From contig LSRY02000030.1 of the NCBI GenBank assembly GCA_001643675.2, forward strand, positions 434,001 to 498,000: 64,000 bases of DNA. Reading direction: 5' to 3'. The translations under genes and the position numbers were made by a program. Below are positions 11,198 through 21,464 of this stretch, piece after piece (the stretch's first letter is position 1; the number at the start of each line of letters is the position of its first letter). The stretch is from Monocercomonoides exilis PA203. Taxonomy: Eukaryota; Protista; Preaxostyla. The notes under the pieces were generated by a model, which did not search any database, was not told the origin of the DNA, and saw only the letters and a list, made by a program, of their open reading frames with translations.

Positions 11198-14100
11198 AAA
11201 CGGGATCTCCAGAGTCAAGCACTCCCACAGCATCATCCCAATCGAGAATACCACCGACTCCTTCGTTGCTCCCATCTTCTTGTTTGTCAGTAGCTCTGGC
11301 GCCATCCACCTCAAACACTCTTTTCTGTTGTATTCATCATCCTCAAACGCTGATGAAGGAAGAGAGTATTCGCTATCATCATCACTGGCAGATGTCACAA
11401 CAGTTGATGAAGATATGGATGATGAGTCTGAATCATCATCAGATGAGAAGTCGGAGTGCATCACAATGCAGATCACCATGTGCTCAGAAAATAGAACAAT
11501 ATGAGGGCTCAGAGTGGAAAGAGAAGATAATCCATTTTCCATCTCATCAAAGGAGTGGAGTGCGAGATTGGCCACCCAGAACAGGATCTGAGCAGCTGTC
11601 TGCTCCCTCTCCTGCAGAGTCCCAATCGCCATCTCCTTTGTCTTGTTCAGCCCATGCAACAACATGAACAGTGAATCCCTCAAGTCCACAATCAGCTTCT
11701 CATGAGGAGACGAGCAGGCCATCGCATCCACCAGATTCGACATCGATGAGGTGGTTGGACACAGACTCTCTGATCGAACAAAAGTTGAGTCTGAATCAGT
11801 TGTTGAAGTGGATGAGATCGATGGTGATGGTATTCTCTTTCTTGTCTCTTCTTCCTCCTCATTCTCATCAACTTTCTCCAACATCCATTGAGGAATCTTG
11901 TCTGAGCCTCTTCCCAATATGTATTCAGTTGATCCGCTCTCTGACAGAAGATGCTCTGATGACTCTGAATGTTCCATATTCGTCTCATATATTCTTTTCT
12001 TTATCCTTTCTTCATTCTTCTTTTCTGCCTCCCTCTCTGCTCTCCTCCACTGCTCCTCTGGAGACATCTCCATCGTCACCATCTCGAATGCCTTCGGATC
12101 CTTCCTCACTGTATCATTCACAATCTCTTCTAATTCCTTCGTTCTTCTCTTTTGCTTTCTCCACCGAACAGCCAGAACAACAGCAATAACAAGAATAATC
12201 GATAATATCACAACAAGCACAATAACAATCAACAACCAATGAGACTTTCCTTCTTTCTCTCCTTTAACAAGTTTTTCATCTCCTTTTCCAGCACTTTCAC
12301 TCCTGTTCTTCAGGATATATGGCTCTGTTGATGAAAGGGAATCAGCTTTTCCAAACACAATCCACACACTCACTTCTGTCTCTTCTCTCACTTTCTCCAG
12401 TTCTGAACATGAAATGAATGCGTGAATCTCATTCTCTGACACAAACCCTTCTTCTTCAATCCCCTTTCTCACAATCTCCTCTTCATCCCCATTTTTCATG
12501 CTCATCTTCACCGACAAATCACATGGCAGAAGCAGCTTTCCCACAATCATCAACTCCACATCCCCATTTGGCTGTGTTGTGTTCTTCACCTCTTCCAAAA
12601 TGGGGATGAAAAATGATGATCCTCTTTCAGTTGCTATCCCTCCCAATCTGCATCTCTCATCCAATATCCACAATGATGAGTTGTCCTTCCATCCATCACC
12701 TCCTTTCACGCTCACAACATCCAACTCCCCATTCCCTTCACAAATCACATTCCTTCGAGCTGATGGATATCCCTCAATCGATGGGTTGTTGTTCTCAAAC
12801 TCTCCTTTCTCAATCTTCACATTCCCTCCACTCACCCACAACCCACCACCCTTGCTATTTCTGATTGTTGTTTCCCTCATCTCCACTTTGCTCTTCTCAA
12901 CGCCAATTAATGATCCATTCCATTTGCACAATTCCTCATTTTTTCTTTCAACTTCCTCATTGATTATCTCATCTTCTTTTTCTCCATCAAACACACATGC
13001 CTCAACCTTCACTTCCTTGGATCGTCTTATCTGCATCATGCTTCCCTTGTCCACCGAATTCACACATTTTCCAAATGAGCAATTCAGCACACTCACCTCT
13101 TGTTCAGCATCTTCCATTGAAACAACACATCTTTCTGACAGCAGTGTTACATTCTCAATCATCATGATCTTCATCTCCACCTTCGCTTTTCCTCCAACAC
13201 TCGCAACATCTTCCTCACATTTGATATTCGATATTCTTGTTTCAACAATTGTCACATCCGATTCCTCACAAAACGAAAGCACAGATCTTGTTGAATGAAT
13301 ATCTCTGAATGTTGAATCAAATATCTTCAGCTCTCCACTTTCCACACTCACAACTGAACTGTTCAACTTCATATCCTCAATTGCTGTTGGAGAAGAGAAG
13401 AATTCACATTCTTGTATTTTCGTCATTCCATTCTTCACTTTCATGAGACAATTGTGAGTTGATTCAAATCCATCTTCAAACTGGAATGAGCACCTCTCCA
13501 CTGAACATTCATTCACAAACTCCATCACACAATCCTTCTCACCTGATTTCTCAATCTTGCAGTTCAATCGAACAATCCCCTGTGTCTTTTTCAATGAATT
13601 CACAACCAGATCTCCAATCACACACTCCTTCCTCACAAACCCTTCCCCATCAATCAGAATCCCATTCATCACCCCTTCTTGTATGTGCTCAACCCCACAG
13701 TTGATGCTGGAACAAGGGTTGCTCTGTGCCCCACACCCCCTCCCATCGCTCCCTCTCCCACTCACAAACACCTGTGCCGAATAATAGAATGTGATCAGCG
13801 GAATCAGATCAACATCTCCCTCGCTCCAACCATCCCTCCCACAGATCGAGTTGTTCGAGTTCAGTGACTCCTGGTTGTAGTTCAGCGCAAACAGTGTTTC
13901 GTTGATCTGGTGAGCAATCGAGTGGCATCTGACAAATATGTCTTTCCCCACATGTGCCTCATTCATCACAAACAGGATGTTCACAATCTTGAAGTTCAGA
14001 GGTGGAATCTGACTTTCATTTCCATAATTCGCATGTGGGTCAGTCCCATCAATATACAGCCCTCCTCCACACCCTGTTTCACTCGAGCACTTGCACATCG

Positions 14101-17100
14101 AAAACGAGCTCCCATTCACTTTCAACACTGATTCCCCACTCTTCAGCACCACTCTCATCCCCCCTCCTTCAATGCTCAAACCACTCTTGCAACTCGACAT
14201 CGAACACTCATCCATCGCACACTCCACCCCATCCTCATATGATCCCACATCAACAACACTCGCTCCAATCCCTTCATTCGTGATGTTCGCAAATGAACAC
14301 CCAACAACCCTCAAAACTGGTCTGTTCCCATTTGAAAACACCTTCTTTTCTCCATTCATCTGGTTATCCTCTTCCATCATCGAAATCAGACTTCTCTCTG
14401 CCACATCAGCAAATGAGATGTTCACATTCTGAAGTGTCACCTCACCTGCACTTGGCCTGAAGGCAATCAACCCTTTCAACTCTGAAATCAAACTCAACGA
14501 ACACCTCTCAATCACAACACTCCCTCCATTCGCTCTCATCACACAATATCCAAAACTCTCTGCCACCCCTCTCCCTGGGCCAAATGAACATTCAATCACA
14601 GACAATAATGTGTTTGCTCCAGAGGATTCAATCAACACTGAATGATGGGTTGTGATGGCTGGCTTGGTGAATGACACATTCACAAATGACAGACTCACAT
14701 TCGAGGAGATCATTGAACCATCATCAGACAAATCATTCTCATCTTCATCACTGATCGTCACCCCTGTCCCTTTCTTTGTCCCTTCAATCACCACTTTTGG
14801 TGACTCTGAAATTGATGATGAAAATGAAATGGAATGGCTCAATAACCCTGATCCCACAATGGCAATATGTGTTTCCCCTTCTCCAAGTGTCGGATATCGA
14901 AGTGATATCAAGTGGTCAATCGATGAGCATGGTGCTTCTGAATACCCACACCCACTGAAGTCTCCTCCTTTCTCTCGAGAAACAAACCCATCCCCACTCC
15001 AGTTCCTCCACAAATACACAACCAGTGGAATCACATATCCCTCATCTGTGCTTGCTCTCTCCCATCCACACAGCTCATCCAATGATCCCAACTCCTCTGA
15101 ACTCATCTCCCATTTGAAGTGCTCCTCATTCACAATCTCTCTCAGATCCCATCCCGAAACAAACACATTCTTCCCTTTCCACGCATTGCATCCCTCAAAT
15201 TCCATCCCTTCCATCACAAATGTTCCCATCTCATCTGCCAGCTTCACAAACATCCCTCCTCCCATTCCTCTCTCTCCCTCCTCAACATCCTCTCTTGGCA
15301 CTTCACACCCAGATAATTTCACTCCTTTCATTTCCAAACTCCCTCCCTTCCCCACTGATATCTTCATCCCTCCCCCTTTCATCCCACTCCCCCCTGAACA
15401 CGCTGATGACAAATTGCATCCTTCAACATTCATATTCCCATTCACTCCCATCTCCACATTCAAACATCCTCCTCCTCCACTCCCACCAACAACTTCCACT
15501 CCACTCATTCGGCTGCCATTCATCTCCAATTCAACTCCATTCGAAACAACAATTGGTGACTTCCCATTCATTCTCACTCCCCCTTCCATCACAAATCCAT
15601 TCACAACCAGCCCTCTTCCCTCGATACAAATTACATTGAATCCAATCAGTTCATCATTTCCAAATGTGACTGAGCAGCTGGTCATTGTGATGGTTGATGA
15701 TGATGAGGAGGAGTGGATAAATCCACTTCTCTTCCCATTCATTTCTTCATTCAGCACAAATGACAAATATCTCATCTCAAATGATTTTGAACATTCAATA
15801 AGGTTATTCTGGCTTATCGATCCTTCATCCCTCACCAACACCCTCATCCCTTCTTCTTTTCCTGAAACACTCAAACAAAATGAAACCACTTTCATCTCAC
15901 TCTTTATCCATGATTCTGAGATAACTTCGATTTCATGAATGTTGATGTTCGCTCTCTTCTCAACACAATAGTCAATTGTCAAACACCCAAACTCCTCAAA
16001 CCCACAATGGCTCTGATCCAGCGCCCTCTCTCCTCTCCCATCAACTCTCAGCTTTGTTCCCATTGAACACAAATACACAAACAGCGGAATCACTTCCCCT
16101 TCTCTCCCATCCTCACTCCCACACAACTTCAACACATCTGTGGGAATCACACCAAAATCAAAAAATGAAAATGAACTCCCATTCACTTTCCACTCCAACA
16201 ACACTCCTCCACCACATTCAACAAACACATCCTTCCCATATGAAGCTTTGTTATCCTCTCCAAACAAACTCTGAATTCCAGATTCCATTTTCATTGAACC
16301 ATCCCTGCTCTCCATCGCAATCATCATCCCTCCCCCTCTCCCTCCACTTCTCCCATCTGAACTCTCCTCTGAACCCTTCGTCTCACACCCATCAATCACA
16401 CAACTCCCATTCACAACAACACTCCCTTCCCCTTTCACAACAACACTCATCCCTCCTCCTCTTCCACATGCACACCTGCACCCCTTCACAACACACGATT
16501 CAATCACAATTATCCCATTCTTCCCCTCATCTCTCTCTGCCCCAACCACTCCACTCACCCATCCTCCATCTCCACTTCTCTTCTCAATGTTGTTCACCTC
16601 ACATCCACAAAACACAACTGATTCCACCCCTTCACCAAACTCGACCAGTGAATGTTCTCCAAATGTCAAGGTCTCTGTGATCACCAATCCCTCCACTTTC
16701 ACTTTCCCCCCAATCACATTCACAAAACAATATCCAATGGAATTCTCAGAGGAACAAGCAACAGAACAGTCAGTGAGTGTGAGGAGTGTGGAGTTGGATG
16801 TGATCAGAGATGATGATGATGCACCAGATAGAGCAGATGGAATACAGAACTTGATGTTTCTCATTGAACTTTTGCTCAACACCTCAATCATACAAGATGA
16901 CTCAAAATTCTCTGGTGCTTTCACACCAACCTCCATCCCTTTTGTGGCACATGAAATCTCCCATTCATTGCCATCTGTCATTCCGACTGCCTCAGCAAGC
17001 ACATATCCTGAATCCAATTCGATCTTCTTGTTTGTGTCTGCATATCTCACCTGTGCTGCATGCGTGATGGTGGCACACGGATAATAGTCAAACCCACAGA

Positions 17101-20098
17101 ACCACGAGTTGTATCCACCCAGCCCATCCTTCCCCTTCCCCACATGTGCTGCATCTGGATATGAATCCAAATACACATTCAGTGGGAACAGCCTCATTGT
17201 TGTGTCACTCCGATCATATCCCACCAGCTCATTGTATTTTGATTCATCATGCTGGACATTCAGCGTTGAGGAGCTTATTCCCCAGCTCGCTGAATTGCTC
17301 CCATTCACAAACACATAATTCCCCCCCAATGAGGCAGAACACCCTGAAAAGTCAACTGACACAATCGAGAAGTCAATCGAGTTGTCAGCCAGATACAACA
17401 TCATCCCTCCTCCATATTTGCCACTTGTGCATCTCTTGATTGTTGTTGTTCTTTCAACCTGAAGCTTGCTCGTATCTGTTTCCATCTCAACCTTGATCCC
17501 TCCACCACTGCCATTCTCACATTCACAATCCTCGATTGTCACATTCTGAACAACAAATGTCTCCCCTTCTGTCACACTCTTTGCCACAACCACCCCATCT
17601 CCTTCTGTCAACTTCACATTCTTTACAGACAAGTTCGCCAGAATACTCTCTCCTGATGTTGTGGCTGTCAAAAACAAGGCAGAAGAGGAGGATGAAGAAG
17701 AAGAAGAAAGATCCGTCTCGGAGAACAATGATTGAGCAATGTTCATATCTTTGATCTCCACATCGGTCATCAACAGCTGCGACAGCGGAACCACAAACAC
17801 CGATGACGACATCACATAGTCTCCTGTTTTGCTCGTGGTAATCAAAACATCTTCCAATGAGAGCGACCCACTCCCGTCAGACACCACAACCACACTCGGA
17901 GAAGTTCCTGCTGTTAAGTTGCAATCAACCTTCAAATGGCTCATTCCCAAGTGTCCTGTGGTGACACTGAACAATGCTCTTGCTGATGAAAGGGTTCGTG
18001 TTCCAATCGAACTCTTATCTTTCCCTTTCCCAATGACTGAAATCTTCTTTTCTCCAATCTCAATCATTGTCGTCTCACTTTGATGATTCCCTTCCATCAG
18101 TGTGACTGCCAAGCTAATTTGTATATCGCACATCTCAAACGCTTTCTTCGCTGTCAGACATGGATTTGATTCATTTGACCCGCATAGCTCATATCCGTCA
18201 CTCCCATTCACTGAAACATAAATTGTCTTGTCCTTCAGCCAATCCTTCTTTTCCGTGTGTTGAAACGTCCAGGCACCAGCATTCGAGTAGTTGCATGCAT
18301 AGCACAATCTCTGTTTATCTGCGTTTGTGGTGAAACATTCATGAAACGGATTATTTAGGGATAAATATACACTGTAGTAATCATAATATACAACATCATG
18401 GCCATATGGCGTATTTGCAGAGCATTCACATTCATGGAAGAACAAAAAATAACAATAAATAATATCATTTTGTAATGCTTGTTTATATGGATAAAGATAC
18501 AATCCTCCTCCATGTGTTGATGCTGAACATGAGATAAACTGAATGCTCCTCATTTTGAATGAGGCAGGAATTATGTGGCAATACAGCCCTCCGCCGCCTG
18601 TTCTTGTTAGTGAACAGGAAGTGAAAATGCAGTCATACACACACGCACTCTCCCCTTCTCCACTTTCTATTCCAATACAATCTGTTTCTGAAACCTGAAA
18701 ATTATCTAATCTTAAACTACCTCCATCACAAGCAGCTTTGCAATTCTGGAATTCACATGCACTTATCTCAACACATGTTGAAATCAAATAAATGCAAATT
18801 CCTCCACCAGCATTGCTTTTCGAATTACAAGTGTTGAACGAATCATTAGCAATTTGAATAGAATTAATTGTGTGGCACATGATTCCACCTCCTGTATAAT
18901 ACGCTTCACATCCACTGAACGAACAGTATTTCACTGAAAGTGTTCCAGAAGAAAAGCCGAACATACAAATTGCACCACCATTCGAAGAGCCATCTGTATA
19001 TGAGTCAACTTCTCCAGTAGCTTTCGATCCATTCCATTTGCACCAAATGAATGTGTTTTGTCCATTGTCTGTTTCATTCTGTCTCAAAGAATGTTTCTTA
19101 TCGCTTTCACTTCCAATGCATTCAACGTTCCTTGTTCGACAACATCCAACAAAGGAGGTGTTTGAAGCTGTCAAAAAGGCATTGTGGTTGTTCAGAGAGG
19201 GAACAATCCCGCCATCATACACATCACACACTGATGAAAATGAGCAACTGTTCACAAAACTTGAGGTTTTAATAAATGCTGTTGTTGAGGATGAACAATC
19301 CAAAGATGCTGTTGAAATATTGAAAAACTTCATATCGAAAAGTGAAAGACTTCTGATTTTCGTCGATCCTATAAGAGGAGCAGATGATACACTCAATGAT
19401 GAAAAGAACGATGAACAGATAAAAACACAGCCACGATCAGATATTTCATGTTCAGCAACATTCGATGAAAAAAGTGGTGAAACTTCTGACGAAAATGGAT
19501 TTAAAGATCTCAATGTGATGTTTGTCATCATTCCACTGCTTCCAGCAATTTCGAAAATGGGCTTTTCACAGCCAACGACAACTTCACATGAACTCAAAGC
19601 AACATTACTTCCTTCTCTCCCACAAATAACCGATGTTCCATTCCCGCACTCCAAGCTCATTCCTCTCCATTCAACAGAGCTGTTCTTCAAATCAAAAACT
19701 CCATAAATCTGACACAGCCCAATTTCCTCAAATATCACTTGCCTCATTTGATTGTGATCATCAACATTGGATGCAAATGTATTCATGTGTCTGAATTTTT
19801 CAAGCCAAAGCACTTTTCCTTCTTCATTTTCTCCATTTTTCTCATCTTTGCTTCTTTCTTCTCTATTTTCCTTCTCAATTTCGTCTTGAAATGCAATATT
19901 CATCTCATTATTAGCATTCCCACTGCTTCTGTCTTTTGGCTCCTTTTCAGTGAATATGCTTTTCAGGGCAGGAATCATTTTCTCGCTTTTGAAACAGTCA
20001 TTCTCATTCGCACCTTCAACACTTGAATCGAATAAATAATGTTGACATTGAATGCTCCATCCAAATTCCACCAATGCCAAAATCATAATGAGCATCAT
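10880..20098 (-). CDS. 3072-aa type I membrane protein: signal peptide, tandem Cys/Gly-rich beta-helix-like modules, TM helix, cytoplasmic TKL-like pseudokinase
   Basis: Uninterrupted ORF with a hydrophobic N-terminus and repeated GGGx/FxxC and CGxxxxPCxT/SI motifs. TM WLLIVIVLVVILSIILVIAVVLAV is followed by RWRKQKRR. Kinase C-lobe motifs RWMAPEL and FSIGMMLWECLTLEIPF are present; GxGxxG, HRD and DFG are absent. Confidence 0.9.
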   Translation of the reverse strand: MMLIMILALVEFGWSIQCQHYLFDSSVEGANENDCFKSEKMIPALKSIFTEKEPKDRSSGNANNEMNIAFQDEIEKENREERSKDEKNGENEEGKVLWLEKFRHMNTFASNVDDHNQMRQVIFEEIGLCQIYGVFDLKNSSVEWRGMSLECGNGTSVICGREGSNVALSSCEVVVGCEKPIFEIAGSSGMMTNITLRSLNPFSSEVSPLFSSNVAEHEISDRGCVFICSSFFSSLSVSSAPLIGSTKIRSLSLFDMKFFNISTASLDCSSSTTAFIKTSSFVNSCSFSSVCDVYDGGIVPSLNNHNAFLTASNTSFVGCCRTRNVECIGSESDKKHSLRQNETDNGQNTFIWCKWNGSKATGEVDSYTDGSSNGGAICMFGFSSGTLSVKYCSFSGCEAYYTGGGIMCHTINSIQIANDSFNTCNSKSNAGGGICIYLISTCVEISACEFQNCKAACDGGSLRLDNFQVSETDCIGIESGEGESACVYDCIFTSCSLTRTGGGGLYCHIIPASFKMRSIQFISCSASTHGGGLYLYPYKQALQNDIIYCYFLFFHECECSANTPYGHDVVYYDYYSVYLSLNNPFHECFTTNADKQRLCYACNYSNAGAWTFQHTEKKDWLKDKTIYVSVNGSDGYELCGSNESNPCLTAKKAFEMCDIQISLAVTLMEGNHQSETTMIEIGEKKISVIGKGKDKSSIGTRTLSSARALFSVTTGHLGMSHLKVDCNLTAGTSPSVVVVSDGSGSLSLEDVLITTSKTGDYVMSSSVFVVPLSQLLMTDVEIKDMNIAQSLFSETDLSSSSSSSSSALFLTATTSGESILANLSVKNVKLTEGDGVVVAKSVTEGETFVVQNVTIEDCECENGSGGGIKVEMETDTSKLQVERTTTIKRCTSGKYGGGMMLYLADNSIDFSIVSVDFSGCSASLGGNYVFVNGSNSASWGISSSTLNVQHDESKYNELVGYDRSDTTMRLFPLNVYLDSYPDAAHVGKGKDGLGGYNSWFCGFDYYPCATITHAAQVRYADTNKKIELDSGYVLAEAVGMTDGNEWEISCATKGMEVGVKAPENFESSCMIEVLSKSSMRNIKFCIPSALSGASSSSLITSNSTLLTLTDCSVACSSENSIGYCFVNVIGGKVKVEGLVITETLTFGEHSLVEFGEGVESVVFCGCEVNNIEKRSGDGGWVSGVVGAERDEGKNGIIVIESCVVKGCRCACGRGGGMSVVVKGEGSVVVNGSCVIDGCETKGSEESSDGRSGGRGGGMMIAMESRDGSMKMESGIQSLFGEDNKASYGKDVFVECGGGVLLEWKVNGSSFSFFDFGVIPTDVLKLCGSEDGREGEVIPLFVYLCSMGTKLRVDGRGERALDQSHCGFEEFGCLTIDYCVEKRANINIHEIEVISESWIKSEMKVVSFCLSVSGKEEGMRVLVRDEGSISQNNLIECSKSFEMRYLSFVLNEEMNGKRSGFIHSSSSSSTITMTSCSVTFGNDELIGFNVICIEGRGLVVNGFVMEGGVRMNGKSPIVVSNGVELEMNGSRMSGVEVVGGSGGGGCLNVEMGVNGNMNVEGCNLSSACSGGSGMKGGGMKISVGKGGSLEMKGVKLSGCEVPREDVEEGERGMGGGMFVKLADEMGTFVMEGMEFEGCNAWKGKNVFVSGWDLREIVNEEHFKWEMSSEELGSLDELCGWERASTDEGYVIPLVVYLWRNWSGDGFVSREKGGDFSGCGYSEAPCSSIDHLISLRYPTLGEGETHIAIVGSGLLSHSISFSSSISESPKVVIEGTKKGTGVTISDEDENDLSDDGSMISSNVSLSFVNVSFTKPAITTHHSVLIESSGANTLLSVIECSFGPGRGVAESFGYCVMRANGGSVVIERCSLSLISELKGLIAFRPSAGEVTLQNVNISFADVAERSLISMMEEDNQMNGEKKVFSNGNRPVLRVVGCSFANITNEGIGASVVDVGSYEDGVECAMDECSMSSCKSGLSIEGGGMRVVLKSGESVLKVNGSSFSMCKCSSETGCGGGLYIDGTDPHANYGNESQIPPLNFKIVNILFVMNEAHVGKDIFVRCHSIAHQINETLFALNYNQESLNSNNSICGRDGWSEGDVDLIPLITFYYSAQVFVSGRGSDGRGCGAQSNPCSSINCGVEHIQEGVMNGILIDGEGFVRKECVIGDLVVNSLKKTQGIVRLNCKIEKSGEKDCVMEFVNECSVERCSFQFEDGFESTHNCLMKVKNGMTKIQECEFFSSPTAIEDMKLNSSVVSVESGELKIFDSTFRDIHSTRSVLSFCEESDVTIVETRISNIKCEEDVASVGGKAKVEMKIMMIENVTLLSERCVVSMEDAEQEVSVLNCSFGKCVNSVDKGSMMQIRRSKEVKVEACVFDGEKEDEIINEEVERKNEELCKWNGSLIGVEKSKVEMRETTIRNSKGGGLWVSGGNVKIEKGEFENNNPSIEGYPSARRNVICEGNGELDVVSVKGGDGWKDNSSLWILDERCRLGGIATERGSSFFIPILEEVKNTTQPNGDVELMIVGKLLLPCDLSVKMSMKNGDEEEIVRKGIEEEGFVSENEIHAFISCSELEKVREETEVSVWIVFGKADSLSSTEPYILKNRSESAGKGDEKLVKGEKEGKSHWLLIVIVLVVILSIILVIAVVLAVRWRKQKRRTKELEEIVNDTVRKDPKAFEMVTMEMSPEEQWRRAEREAEKKNEERIKKRIYETNMEHSESSEHLLSESGSTEYILGRGSDKIPQWMLEKVDENEEEEETRKRIPSPSISSTSTTDSDSTFVRSESLCPTTSSMSNLVDAMACSSPHEKLIVDLRDSLFMLLHGLNKTKEMAIGTLQEREQTAAQILFWVANLALHSFDEMENGLSSLSTLSPHIVLFSEHMVICIVMHSDFSSDDDSDSSSISSSTVVTSASDDDSEYSLPSSAFEDDEYNRKECLRWMAPELLTNKKMGATKESVVFSIGMMLWECLTLEIPFGEYEGEVAGQKIVNGERPGMGEAEQSSYLGLVKKCVSQDWRERGSLNELKREFIQRFPAGSLIMTMTDALCCYSADGNKKEPSCGSGNGNGEGTEGSSRIVLLVQ

Positions 20099-21108
20099 TG
20101 GTGTGAATTGCCTTTTTTTTCTTTTTGCTTATATTCTAATTTTTTATGGGTTGATTTTGATCATTCTTTTTTTTTATTTCCTTTGAATCAAATACTTCTG
20201 AAATATTTGTAAAAAAATTTTCAAACGATAATGAAGTCATTAAAAAAAATCAAAATAGAAAATGAACAGGATTCTCAATTTTTCATAATTATCATCCTGA
20301 AACACATTTTTTCTTATCAATCCTTCCAATTGTTCAAAATCTCCCTTCGAAAATCTATAAAATTGAAAATGAAGAAATGAACTTAAATTTTGCAAACTTA
20401 GAAAAAAATATGAAAAAATGAAAAAATGTTCAACTTGAGTAATCTTTGTTTGATTTCTTTAATATAATGAAAAAATTTTACTTTTTTTTAAATATTATGT
20501 TTTTTTTTTTTCACGGCAAAACTTATTCACAGTTGTTCGTTTGAATAAACCAAAAGGTTGCACATATTTGTTTTGTCATAGCTTATCAATAATCTCTAAG
20601 TTAGAAATATCTTTATCTTATATGTTGTTCAACATTCGCAAAAATATTTTTTGTGGAATAAGGTGAAATTTTAGAAAGAAAATGCGCCTTATCACCACGC
20701 AAAAAACATTTGTTATTTCAATGCAAATGATTTTATATCGTTTTTATTTATTGTTTCAAAAAGAATTCTATCAAAAATATTTATTATATTGACTTTTGTT
20801 TTCTCATTATTTCAAATTTTTAAATTCATTCGCACACTTTATTTCTTCATCTTTTAAGTGTTCATCGTTTTTCTTTTTCATCTTTCTCTATTTTTGCAAT
20901 CAACTTGTTTCTGTTTCCTTCCAAAATTTGAATAAACTTCTCATCCTAACAAAAAAACAATGAATGATTCTCATTTATTTTTCAAATTCTCAGTTGATCC
21001 AATTGTGTCATTTTGCAAAATTTTTCTTCTTTTTCATTCTTGCAATTTTTCAAAATGGAAGGGTCATGATTTCCCAGCATATCAATTTTTCAGTTATTAG
21101 GGTGCATA

Positions 21109-21286
21109 TGGGACGAAATTTTTAACTTTATGAATTTTGTGCCATTCAGAATTTTCAAACAATTCACTCATTTTTCAAAATATTCTAAACATTTTTGCAT
21201 GAGGATGTCTGATTTTTTATGATATGAAAGTGGAAAAAGTTTGGAAGAAATCGTTGTTTTTTAGTAAAAGCAAGAATTTCGTCCCA
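21109..21286. mobile_element. 178-bp MITE
   Basis: Perfect 12-bp TIR TGGGACGAAATT with partial extension; TA on both sides. Confidence 0.7.
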
Positions 21287-21464
21287 TATAAAAATTATCT
21301 TTTGTTGTTTTTGTGATGCAACCACAAACGAATATGATAGAGATTTATTCTTTTAGTTTTTTCCATTTCTCAAGCAAGATCTTTTCTGGCTTTTTTATTT
21401 TTGAATGAAATTTGAATGTGTTTTAACCTTTTATTTGATTAACTGAATTTGTATATCTGATTGT

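Noticed and set aside
11266-19706. Long antisense ORFs (up to 428 aa) opposite the 3072-aa gene, and similarly at 59694-63931
   Set aside because: Explained by codon bias of the sense gene; no recognisable motifs.
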